Positions 9,431-17,226 of a stretch of DNA of 64,000 bases are shown piece after piece (position 1 is the stretch's first letter; each line of letters starts with the position of its first letter). The stretch comes from Candidatus Limnocylindria bacterium (lineage in GTDB: Bacteria; Chloroflexota; Limnocylindria; P2-11E), in assembly GCA_038211425.1 (NCBI GenBank), contig JBBQVQ010000005.1, positions 13,991 through 77,990 on the forward strand, given 5' to 3'. Under the pieces are notes generated by a model. That model did no database searches and was not told the DNA's origin. It saw nothing but the letters and a program-made list of their open reading frames with translations. Both the position numbers and the translations under genes were made by a program.

Positions 9431-10149
9431 AGGTCGGCCTGATCTCCGACGTCCACGCGAACCTCGTCGCCCTCGAGGCTGTCCTGCCGGCCCTCGACGG
9501 GCTCGACGAGATCTGGGTGATGGGCGACACGGTCGGGTATGGCCCGGAGCCATCCGCCGTGCTGAAGCTGCTGCGCGACCATCCGCGTGCACGAATGGTC
9601 GCGGGAAACCACGACCGCGCCGTCGCCACGGGCCAGGGCCTGGATGCGTTCAACGGCTCCGCGGCGGTCGCCGCCCGGCTGCATCACGAATGGCTGGGCG
9701 CGGACGAGCGCGCTTTCCTCGCCGGATTGCCGGCGACCGATGAGCGATCCGACTTCACGCTGTGTCACGGGAGCCTGCTGGACCCGATGTGGGAGTACGT
9801 TTTCACCGCTCGGGCCGCCAGATCCTCGTTCCAGGTTGCGGCCACAGCGCACTGGTGCAGCGGCCATACCCACGTGCCTGCCCTTTTCCGGCGGGACGAC
9901 GACCTGGTGGAAAGGGAGCAGGTCCGGCCGGGCGTGACGTACGCGCTCGGCGCCTCCGCCATGGTCAATCCGGGAAGCGTCGGCCAGCCGCGTGACGGCG
10001 ATCCGGGTTCGTCCTACGCGATCGTTGACCTCGACGCGGGCGCCGCCACCTTCCACCGCGCGAAGTACGACGTGGCCGCGACGCAGCGGCGCATGCGCAA
10101 GCTGCGGCTGCCCGAGATGCTCGCCGAGCGGCTCGCCGCCGGTCGGTAG
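9427..10149 (+). CDS. metallophosphoesterase (YfcE/MJ0936-like calcineurin-fold phosphoesterase); proposed CTG start
   Basis: LKVGLISDVHAN..VMGDTVGYGP..VAGNHD..CHGS..SGHTHVP..NPGSVGQPRDGD. There is no in-frame ATG/GTG/TTG that would keep the D-x-H motif. CTG 9427 overlaps the upstream TGA as CTGA. Confidence 0.8.
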   Translation: MKVGLISDVHANLVALEAVLPALDGLDEIWVMGDTVGYGPEPSAVLKLLRDHPRARMVAGNHDRAVATGQGLDAFNGSAAVAARLHHEWLGADERAFLAGLPATDERSDFTLCHGSLLDPMWEYVFTARAARSSFQVAATAHWCSGHTHVPALFRRDDDLVEREQVRPGVTYALGASAMVNPGSVGQPRDGDPGSSYAIVDLDAGAATFHRAKYDVAATQRRMRKLRLPEMLAERLAAGR

Positions 10150-10357
10150 CGGATCCCTCCCGAGCCTGGTCACAGGACAGAGCCGACCGCGTGCGAGGCG
10201 TGGGAGCCACGCCTTCAAAGGCGGTCCGCATTGCGGCACACGCACCGGCCGGATCCGCTTCATCACCACGTCCTCGTTCTGTCCGCGCGGCACGGCGGCG
10301 CTGAGCGCATGCGAAGGGCGTGTGCTGCGAGCACAATCGGGCCGCGTGACGTCCGAT

Positions 10358-12403
10358 ATGGAACCTCCCGGCCGGCGTGAGGACGCGCCGACCGGTCCTC
10401 GCCTCGAGCGTTTCGAGCGAAGCCGCGGCCGCCTCCCAGGCGACCAGGTCGTGCGCATCGTCCGGAGCGATAAGCTCCGGCGCCGGCCGGGCGGTCACCT
10501 CGAGGTCCCCGAGAGAGCGCTCCGGCCCCAGACCGCCCTCGGGCGCGTCATCGGGCGGTTCCGTACAACGCTCTTCGGGCGGCCCATCGCCACCGAGGCG
10601 GAGCAGGAGCAGCGCCTCTCCAAGGTGACCGGCCTCGCGATCTTCGCCTCCGACAACATCTCGTCGTCCGCGTACGCGACCGAAGAGGCCATGCGCTCCC
10701 TCGCGCTCGCGGGTGCCGGCGCCCTGGCGCTGACCATGCCGCTCAGCATCGCCATCGTCGCGATCCTCGCGGTGGTGGTCACCTCGTACCTGCAGGTCAT
10801 TCGCGCCTATCCCCAGGGAGGGGGCAGCTACGTCGTCGCGAGCGAGAACCTCGGCGTGTTCGCCGGCCTCGCCGCCGCCGCGGCGCTGCTCATTGACTAC
10901 GTGCTGACCGTCTCGGTATCCGTAGCTGGTGGCGTCCTCGCGATCACGAGCGCCTTCCCCGCGCTCGTCGACGAAAAGGTCTGGCTCGGGATCGGGTTCA
11001 TCGGTCTGCTGACGGTCGGCAATCTGCGGGGAGTCCGCGAAGCCGGCCTGCTCTTCGCGGGACCGACCTACTTCTACGTCGTGAGTGTGGTCGGCATCGT
11101 GGCCATCGGCCTCTTTCGCTCGATCAGCGGAGACCTTCCTGCACCGGTCCCGCCGCCGGAGACGATACCGACCATCGAGGCGCTCACGCCCTTCGTCGTC
11201 CTACGCGCGTTCTCGTCAGGATCGGTCGGCCTCTCGGGCACCGAGGCCGTCGCCAATGGGGTCACCGCGTTCAAGCGGCCCGAAGCGCGTAACGCGGGCG
11301 TCGTGCTGGTCGCGATGGGCGTGCTCTTCGGATCGCTCTTTTTGGCCATCAGCTTTATCGCCACGCGCATCGGCCTCGAGCCCGACCAGAGCGAGACCGT
11401 GAGCGTGCTCTCCCTTCTCACGCGCTCCCTCGTCGGCGTTGGCCCCTACTACTACGTTCTGCAGGCGGCGACGGCCGTCATCCTGATACTCGCCGCGAAC
11501 ACCAGTTTCTCGGGCTTCCCCCGGCTGGCCTCGATCCTCGCCACGGACCGGTTCATGCCTCGGCAGTTCGCGCAGCGCGGTGACCGTCTCGCATTCAGCA
11601 CCGGTATCCTCGCCCTCGCGCTCATTTCCTCGCTGCTCCTCGCGCACTACGAGGGAAGCGTGACGGGACTGATCCCCCTCTACACGGTCGGTGTCTTCAT
11701 CGCCTTCACCCTCTCGCAGGCCGGCATGGTGCGTCACTGGATGCGCCTGCGGGAGCGCGGTTGGCAGATCAGCGCCGGCGTGAACGGCATCGGAGCCGTC
11801 GTCACCTTCGTCGTGCTCCTCGTGGTGGCCGGCACGAAGTTCACGCTTGGCGCCTGGCAGGTGCTCGCGATCATGCCGCTCATCGTGCTCCTGCTTTACG
11901 GCATCCATCGGCACTACCGGAGCATCGAGGATGATCTACTCGTATCGGTGAAGCGTCCGGTCCGAGTGACTGCGACGCGTCCGCTCGTCGTCGTTCCCGT
12001 GAGCCGGCTCGACCGTCCGGCGCTGCAGGCGCTCCGGATCGCACGCGGGCTGTCGGGCGATCTCGTTGCGGTGCACGTCTCGTACGGCAATGAGGGCGCG
12101 GAGCGCTTCAAGCAACGGTGGCTCGATGTCGTGGGCCGGGACACCCGGCTCGATACGATCGTTTCGCCGTACCGGGCCCTCATCCCGTCGCTGCTGCGCT
12201 ACGTCGACGCCGTGGACCAGGGCGACCGTGGGCGTCCCATCGTCGTGGTGCTCGCCGAGTTCGTGCCGAGGCACTGGTGGGAGGCCATCCTGCACAATCA
12301 GACGGCCCTCGCGTTGAAGCTGCGGCTATTCGTGCGCCGCAACACCGTCGTCCTCGACGTTCCGTACCACCTCGACGACCCCGAGCCCGTGGACCTCCAA
12401 TGA
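10358..12403 (+). CDS. kimA: KimA-type K+/H+ symporter (APC superfamily, with a C-terminal cytoplasmic domain), copy 1
   Basis: Blocks match B. subtilis KimA from memory: LAIFASDNISSSAYATEE, SYLQVIRAYPQGGGSYVVASENLG, LLIDYVLTVSVS, LRAFSSGSVGLSGTEAVANGV, LAANTSFSGFPRLASILATDRFMPRQF, IPLYTVGVFIAFTLSQ, VVVPVSRLDRPALQAL..VAVHVS, EFVPRHWWEAILHNQTAL, VPYHL. ATG at 10358. Confidence 0.88.
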   Translation: MEPPGRREDAPTGPRLERFERSRGRLPGDQVVRIVRSDKLRRRPGGHLEVPERALRPQTALGRVIGRFRTTLFGRPIATEAEQEQRLSKVTGLAIFASDNISSSAYATEEAMRSLALAGAGALALTMPLSIAIVAILAVVVTSYLQVIRAYPQGGGSYVVASENLGVFAGLAAAAALLIDYVLTVSVSVAGGVLAITSAFPALVDEKVWLGIGFIGLLTVGNLRGVREAGLLFAGPTYFYVVSVVGIVAIGLFRSISGDLPAPVPPPETIPTIEALTPFVVLRAFSSGSVGLSGTEAVANGVTAFKRPEARNAGVVLVAMGVLFGSLFLAISFIATRIGLEPDQSETVSVLSLLTRSLVGVGPYYYVLQAATAVILILAANTSFSGFPRLASILATDRFMPRQFAQRGDRLAFSTGILALALISSLLLAHYEGSVTGLIPLYTVGVFIAFTLSQAGMVRHWMRLRERGWQISAGVNGIGAVVTFVVLLVVAGTKFTLGAWQVLAIMPLIVLLLYGIHRHYRSIEDDLLVSVKRPVRVTATRPLVVVPVSRLDRPALQALRIARGLSGDLVAVHVSYGNEGAERFKQRWLDVVGRDTRLDTIVSPYRALIPSLLRYVDAVDQGDRGRPIVVVLAEFVPRHWWEAILHNQTALALKLRLFVRRNTVVLDVPYHLDDPEPVDLQ

Positions 12404-12559
12404 GGTGGCTGCTTCCGGGGCCGGGCCGCCGACGCCGAGGCTCGAGCGCCGCATTTCCCGATGCCCGTCGTGCGGTCCAGACCGGCGTGGCCGGCGCAGG
12501 AGTGGCGGTGAGCCGCCCGACGCCCTCTCGGCCATGTCCCTGAAGCGTCCCGTGCCGGC

Positions 12560-14623
12560 ATGACCGAGGGGAAGGCTCCGGAGCCGCCGTCGCTGGAGAC
12601 GAGGGAGAAGCAGCAGGGCGCGCGCCCCGGCGACCGCTACGTGCGCATCGTTCGGCCGTACGCCGAGGACTTCAGGAGGGACGCCGGCTTCTACGTCGCG
12701 ACGGAGCAGACCCTCCGTGCCCGGGGCCCGATCGGCAAGGGCTGGGAGCGGATCCGCCGTGTGCTCATCGGGCGGCGCCTCGAAACGGAGGCGGAGGCGG
12801 GGGAGCGCGTCTCGAAGAAGACCGGCCTCGCGATCCTCGCGTCGGACAACATCTCCTCCTCGGCGTACGCGACCGAGGAGGCGATGCGGGTGCTCGCGCT
12901 CGCGGGCACGGGTGCGCTCGCGCTCACCATGCCCATCGCGCTCGCGGTCGTGGCCGTCCTCGCCATCGTCGTGCTGTCGGAATCGCGCGTGATACGCGCC
13001 TATCCGGGCGGCGGCGGCAGCTACATCGTGGCGCGCGAGAACCACGGCGTCATCGCAGGTCTCATCGCGGCCGCGGCGCTGCTCATCGACTACGTGCTGA
13101 CCGTCGCGGTCTCGACCGCCGCGGGCGTCGCGGCGATCTCGAGCTTCGCGCCGCAGATCCACGACCATCGCGTGCTCTGGGCGCTCGGACTCATCGTGCT
13201 GCTGACCATTGGTAACCTGCGCGGGATCCGCGAGGCCGGGGTCCTCTTCGCGGCTCCGACATACGCGTACATCGGAGCGCTCGTCGCGCTGATCGGGTAC
13301 GGTCTTTTCCGGGTGCTGTCCGGCGACACCCCCGTCGCGGTCGAGCCTCGCGACGACTTCGAGCCCACCGGCGTGCAGGTCCTCTCGACGCTTCTCGTGC
13401 TGCGCGCTTTCGCGTCCGGGTCGGTGGGGCTGACCGGCAGCGAGGCCGTGGCCAACGGCGTGCCGAACTTCAAGCCCCCCGAGCCGCGGAACGCGGTGAT
13501 CACCCTCCTCGCCATGGGCACCATCTTCGCCGCGCTGTTCCTCGGCCTCACCTACCTCGGCACGCACATCGGCATCGCGCCCGACGAGAGCGAGGTGGAA
13601 ACGGTCAACAGCATGCTCACGCGGTCGATCGCCGGGGACGGCTCGCCGCTGTACTACGGGGTGCAGCTGACGACCGCGGTGATCCTGCTGCTCGCCGCGA
13701 ACACTGGATTCTCGGGCTTCCCGCGCCTGGCTTCGGTGCTCGCGAACGATCGCTTCATGCCGCGCCAATTCGCCTACCGCGGCGAACGCCTGGCGTTCTC
13801 CTTCGGCATCCTCGCCCTTTCGCTGATGGCCGCGCTCGTGTTGACCGCCTTCGGCGGCAGCGTGACGGCCCTCATCCCGCTGTACACGATCGGCGTGTTC
13901 CTCGCCTTCACCCTTTCTCAGAGCGGACTCGTGCGGCGCTGGGTCAGGCTCCGCAATCCCGGTTGGCAGGCCAGCGTCGTGATCAACATCGTGGGCGCGA
14001 TCGTCACCGGCATCGTTCTCGCGGTCGTCGTGTTCACCAAGTTCCAGTCGGGGGCGTGGATGGTCATCGTGGTGCTGCCCATCCTGGTGCTGCTCCTGTA
14101 TGGCGTGAACCACCACTACCGCACCGTTTCGGACGCGCTGGTCCTCGAGGACCTCTCGGCCCCGGTACCCGAGCTTCTGCCGCCGGTGGTGATCGTGCCG
14201 GTAGCGAGACTGGATCGCTCGGCGGTCCAGGCGATCGCGTTCGCCCGCTCGATCAGCCCGCAGGTCACGGCCGTCCACGTCGCCACGAGCGTGGAGAGCG
14301 CGCGAGATTTCTTAAAGCACTGGGACAGCTGGGCAGGCAAGACACGGCTCGACGTCATCGAATCGCCGTACCGGTCGCTCATGGCGCCGCTGATGAAGTA
14401 CATCGACGCGATCGACCGCCGCGACGATCGCCCGATCACGGTCGTGCTCGCCGAGTTCGTGCCGCGGCACTGGTGGGAATGGATCCTTCACAGTCAGACG
14501 GCCTTCCGCCTCAAGGCCAGCCTTCTCTTCAGGCCGAACACGATCGTCATCGACGTGCCGTACCACTTCGAGGACACGGCCGATCTCGCACGCACCAAAA
14601 AAGCCCCCAGAATAGGCGTGTAG
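12560..14623 (+). CDS. kimA: KimA-type K+/H+ symporter, copy 2 (tandem paralogue)
   Basis: It has the same block structure as copy 1: LAILASDNISSSAYATEE, RVIRAYPGGGGSYIVARENHG, LRAFASGSVGLTGSEAVANGV, LAANTGFSGFPRLASVLANDRFMPRQF, EFVPRHWWEWILHSQTAF, VPYHF. Confidence 0.88.
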   Translation: MTEGKAPEPPSLETREKQQGARPGDRYVRIVRPYAEDFRRDAGFYVATEQTLRARGPIGKGWERIRRVLIGRRLETEAEAGERVSKKTGLAILASDNISSSAYATEEAMRVLALAGTGALALTMPIALAVVAVLAIVVLSESRVIRAYPGGGGSYIVARENHGVIAGLIAAAALLIDYVLTVAVSTAAGVAAISSFAPQIHDHRVLWALGLIVLLTIGNLRGIREAGVLFAAPTYAYIGALVALIGYGLFRVLSGDTPVAVEPRDDFEPTGVQVLSTLLVLRAFASGSVGLTGSEAVANGVPNFKPPEPRNAVITLLAMGTIFAALFLGLTYLGTHIGIAPDESEVETVNSMLTRSIAGDGSPLYYGVQLTTAVILLLAANTGFSGFPRLASVLANDRFMPRQFAYRGERLAFSFGILALSLMAALVLTAFGGSVTALIPLYTIGVFLAFTLSQSGLVRRWVRLRNPGWQASVVINIVGAIVTGIVLAVVVFTKFQSGAWMVIVVLPILVLLLYGVNHHYRTVSDALVLEDLSAPVPELLPPVVIVPVARLDRSAVQAIAFARSISPQVTAVHVATSVESARDFLKHWDSWAGKTRLDVIESPYRSLMAPLMKYIDAIDRRDDRPITVVLAEFVPRHWWEWILHSQTAFRLKASLLFRPNTIVIDVPYHFEDTADLARTKKAPRIGV

Positions 14624-14637
14624 ACTCCGCCGACGCC

Positions 14638-15063
14638 ATGCAGGTCAAACGCGTCCTCGTGCCGCTCAACGGCAGCGTCACCGATGCGGACGTCATCGGC
14701 TTCGCGGTGACCCTCTCTCGACCGGGCAAGGGGCAGATGGTCGCCATCCACGTGATCGAGGTGCGCTGGAACCTGTCTCTCGACGCGGTGCTCGATGCCG
14801 ACATCGCTCGCGGCGAGGACATCCTCTCGCACGGCGAGGCCCTGGCGCGAAAGTCGGGGATGCAGCTCGAGACCGAGCTGCTTCAGGCGCGGGAGGCCGC
14901 GGCGGCGATCGTGGATACCGCGGCCGAGCGGAAGAGCGACCTCATCGTGCTCGGGATGCCCTATCGCAAGCGGATGGGACGCGTCTACGTCGGCCGAACG
15001 GTCCAGAACGTGTACCTGAGAGCGCCGTGCGCGGTGCTCGCGTATCGTCAGGAAGAGCCCTGA
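14638..15063 (+). CDS. universal stress protein (UspA family)
   Basis: RVLVPLNGSVTDADVIGFAV..AIHVIEV..AAAIVDTAAERKSDLIVLGMP..VGRTVQNVYLRAPCAVLAY. Confidence 0.85.
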   Translation: MQVKRVLVPLNGSVTDADVIGFAVTLSRPGKGQMVAIHVIEVRWNLSLDAVLDADIARGEDILSHGEALARKSGMQLETELLQAREAAAAIVDTAAERKSDLIVLGMPYRKRMGRVYVGRTVQNVYLRAPCAVLAYRQEEP

Positions 15064-15103
15064 TGGACCCTGCCCGCGCCCTCCGGAGGCCACGACCCGC
15101 TCG

Positions 15104-15586
15104 ATGAACGTCATCATCGTCGGCTGCGGGCGGGTTGGCGGATTCCTGGCGGGACTTCTCGACGCCGGTGGGCACCGGGTGACGATCATCGACCGCGAGC
15201 GCGCCGCGTTCGTCCACCTGCCGGCCGAGTTCAAGGGGACGACCCTGCTCGGAGACGGCAGCGACCTGGACATCCTGCGCCACGCCGACGCCGACAAGGC
15301 CGATGCGTTCCTCGCGCTGACGCAGGGCGACAACCGCAACATCATGGCCGGACAGATCGCCAAGGAGATCTTCCGGGTCAAGCAGGTCATCGCCAAGATC
15401 AATGACCCGATCCGCGCCCAGACGTACCGAGCCCACGGCATGTCGACGTTCTCGCGAACGACGATCCTGGGAACGCTGCTCGAGGCCATCCTCAGCGGGA
15501 ACACCGCGGTGGGTGAGGAGCTGATGCGCAAGGTGCTGGAGCACGAGGCCGAGATGTCGGGCGACATCGCTCCGGTGCGCGACTGA
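15104..15586 (+). CDS. trkA: TrkA/KtrA-like RCK protein, RCK_N (NAD-binding) domain only
   Basis: MNVIIVGCGRVGGFLAGLLDAGGHRVTIIDRE (Rossmann GxGxxG). 160 aa with no RCK_C domain. Confidence 0.85.
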   Translation: MNVIIVGCGRVGGFLAGLLDAGGHRVTIIDRERAAFVHLPAEFKGTTLLGDGSDLDILRHADADKADAFLALTQGDNRNIMAGQIAKEIFRVKQVIAKINDPIRAQTYRAHGMSTFSRTTILGTLLEAILSGNTAVGEELMRKVLEHEAEMSGDIAPVRD

Positions 15587-16242
15587 TGTACTTCGTCATC
15601 GCCGGCGGCGGCGAAGTCGGCTTCCACCTGGCGCGGGCGCTCCTCGAGTCGGGACACGAGATCATGCTCATCGAAAGCGACCGCAAGCGCGCCCAATGGA
15701 TCGAGGACGAGCTCGGATCCGTCGTCATCAACGCGTCGGCGGACGAGGGCCGGTATCAGATCGAGGCGGGCTGCCAGCGGGCCGACGGCGTGATCGCCGT
15801 GACGGGTGACGACGCCAAGAACCTCGTGATCTGCCAGCTCGCGAAGTACCACTGCCGGGTGCCGCGGGTGATCGCCCGGGTGAACAACCCGAAGAACGAG
15901 ATCGTGTTCAAGGCGCTCGGCATCGACGAGACGGTCTCCTCCACGAGGGTGCTCATGAACGTGATCGAGCAGGAGCTGCCGACCGGCGGGTTCATGCCGC
16001 TCATGCCCCTGACCGGGTCGCACCTCGAGGTCATCGAGGCCGAGATCGCCCCGGGCACGCCGGCCGCGGACCGCAGCATCGATACGCTGGGCCTCCCGAC
16101 AGGTGCCGAGGTCGGGGGGATCGTGCGTGCCGGCGCGATCCTCCACGCTGACGGCCACACCCGGCTGGCGGTAGGCGACCGGGTCATCGTGCTCGCCCCC
16201 ACGGTGGCCGAGGCGGAGGTCCGCAAGGCGCTCTTCGGCTGA
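15586..16242 (+). CDS. trkA: TrkA/KtrA-like RCK protein with RCK_N and RCK_C domains
   Basis: MYFVIAGGGEVGFHLARALLESGHEIMLIESD. The C-terminal part LEVIEAEIAPGTPAADRSIDTLGLPTGAEVGGIVRAG..VGDRVIVLA is RCK_C/TrkA_C-like. TGATG overlap with the preceding gene. Confidence 0.87.
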   Translation: MYFVIAGGGEVGFHLARALLESGHEIMLIESDRKRAQWIEDELGSVVINASADEGRYQIEAGCQRADGVIAVTGDDAKNLVICQLAKYHCRVPRVIARVNNPKNEIVFKALGIDETVSSTRVLMNVIEQELPTGGFMPLMPLTGSHLEVIEAEIAPGTPAADRSIDTLGLPTGAEVGGIVRAGAILHADGHTRLAVGDRVIVLAPTVAEAEVRKALFG

Positions 16243-16270
16243 TCGTTCTGCCGGCGGGCATGCAGAAGTC

Positions 16271-16299
16271 TTGACAATGGGATTGATAGGCTCTATACA
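16271..16299 (+). promoter_or_regulatory. strong sigma70-type promoter (TTGACA-17 nt-TATACA) of the hspR heat-shock operon; predicts a leaderless transcript
   Basis: TTGACA at 16271-16276, a 17-nt spacer, TATACA at 16294-16299. The GTG start of hspR at 16306 is 7 nt after the -10 box. Flanking inverted repeat GTCTTG...CAAGAC. Confidence 0.6.
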
Positions 16300-16305
16300 A
16301 GACCC

Positions 16306-16686
16306 GTGACACGCGCCAACCGACCGGTGTATGCGATCTCGATCGCCGCCAGCCTCGCAGGCTGTCACCCGCGCACGCTCCGGATCTACGAGGAAGAGGG
16401 GCTCGTCGAGCCGGTGCGCACCCACACGAACATCCGCCTCTACTCGGAGGACGACGTTCAGAGGGTGCGCTGCATCCGCTACCTCACCCAGATCCGCGGC
16501 GTGAACCTGGCGGGCGTCAAGCTGCTGTTGCAGCTGCGCGACATCTCCGAGCTCCTGGAGGAGGTCGCGAGCCAGCTCGAGGAGCAGGACCTGCGGCGAG
16601 GAGCGCACGAGATCGGTCAGGAGGCGGGTTCACCGGTACGCCCCGCCGGCGCAGACATGAGGACCTACAAAGGAGTGAAGCCATGA
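16306..16686 (+). CDS. hspR: MerR-family heat-shock repressor HspR
   Basis: YAISIAASLAGCHPRTLRIYEEEGLVEPVRTHTNIRLYSEDDVQRVRCIRYLTQIRGVNLAGVKLLLQL. It is followed directly by chaperone and protease genes. Confidence 0.85.
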   Translation: MTRANRPVYAISIAASLAGCHPRTLRIYEEEGLVEPVRTHTNIRLYSEDDVQRVRCIRYLTQIRGVNLAGVKLLLQLRDISELLEEVASQLEEQDLRRGAHEIGQEAGSPVRPAGADMRTYKGVKP

Positions 16687-17129
16687 CGCTCGCACGATTC
16701 AACCCGATGGCCGATTTCGTTTCCCTGCGCGAGGCGATGGACCGCCTGGTCGAGGACAGCTTCATCCGGCCGAATATGTTCACCGGGCTGGCCGCCGGCC
16801 AGGTCGCGGTGCCCGTGGACCTCTGGGAGACGCCCGAGGCGTACCACCTCCGCGCCGACCTGCCGGGCCTGACCCCCGACTCCATCGACATCAGCGTCAC
16901 CGGTGACACCATCCAGATCGCGGGCGAGGTGAGGCCGAGCACGGACGTGACCCAGGACGGCTGGCTGCGCCAGGAGCGCCGCTTCGGCAAGTTCCAGCGC
17001 GCGTTCACGCTGCCCGTGCAGATCGACGGGAACAAGGTCGAAGCCACGTTCCGTGACGGCGTGCTCGAGCTCGTCCTGCACAAGGCCGAGTCCGTCCGCC
17101 CGAAGAGCATCAAGGTGATGCCTCGCTGA
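16683..17129 (+). CDS. hsp20: small heat-shock protein, Hsp20/alpha-crystallin family
   Basis: ATGA overlap with hspR. PVDLWETPEAYHLRADLPGLTPDSIDISVTGDTIQIAGE..ERRFGKFQRAFTLPVQIDGNKVEATFRDGVLELVL. Confidence 0.92.
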   Translation: MTLARFNPMADFVSLREAMDRLVEDSFIRPNMFTGLAAGQVAVPVDLWETPEAYHLRADLPGLTPDSIDISVTGDTIQIAGEVRPSTDVTQDGWLRQERRFGKFQRAFTLPVQIDGNKVEATFRDGVLELVLHKAESVRPKSIKVMPR

Positions 17130-17157
17130 GCACCCGCTACCCATCACGCGCAGACCG

Positions 17158-17188
17158 GCGGCGCGGCCGGAGATCCCGGCCGCGCCGC
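17158..17188 (+). terminator. 13-bp GC-rich hairpin between hsp20 and lon (terminator/attenuator-like; weak U-tract)
   Basis: GCGGCGCGGCCGG (17158-17170), loop agatc, CCGGCCGCGCCGC (17176-17188), followed by gttcatc. Confidence 0.4.
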
Positions 17189-17226
17189 GTTCATCAGCAG
17201 AAGCAAGAAAAAGGTAGTGACGCCAC

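Noticed and set aside
10150-10357. Possible c-di-AMP (ydaO/kimA-type) riboswitch in the 208-nt leader of kimA copy 1. The 156-nt gap before copy 2 was checked as well.
   Set aside because: The B. subtilis kimA precedent made this worth checking. I could not find the pseudo-symmetric ACGGGG / CCCGA / GGUGAAUC-type conserved segments. Only Infernal (RF00379) could settle it.
12326-14278. 650-aa antisense ORF opposite kimA copy 2. Similar long shadow ORFs occur at 14494..16608, 53099..55555, 39339..41039, 9178..10458, 45 kb (+ strand 44979..46460), 47258..48886 and 58882..60639.
   Set aside because: All overlap confidently assigned genes on the other strand and have extreme Arg/Pro/Gly/Asp composition without domain signatures. 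They are treated as non-coding shadow frames.
16260-16310. HAIR operator (CTTGAGT-N7-ACTCAAG) at the hspR promoter, and between hsp20 and lon.
   Set aside because: No match to the consensus. Only a 6-bp inverted repeat with a 24-nt spacer brackets the promoter, which is too far apart for a standard dimer site. It is reported only as a weak observation within the heat-shock finding.
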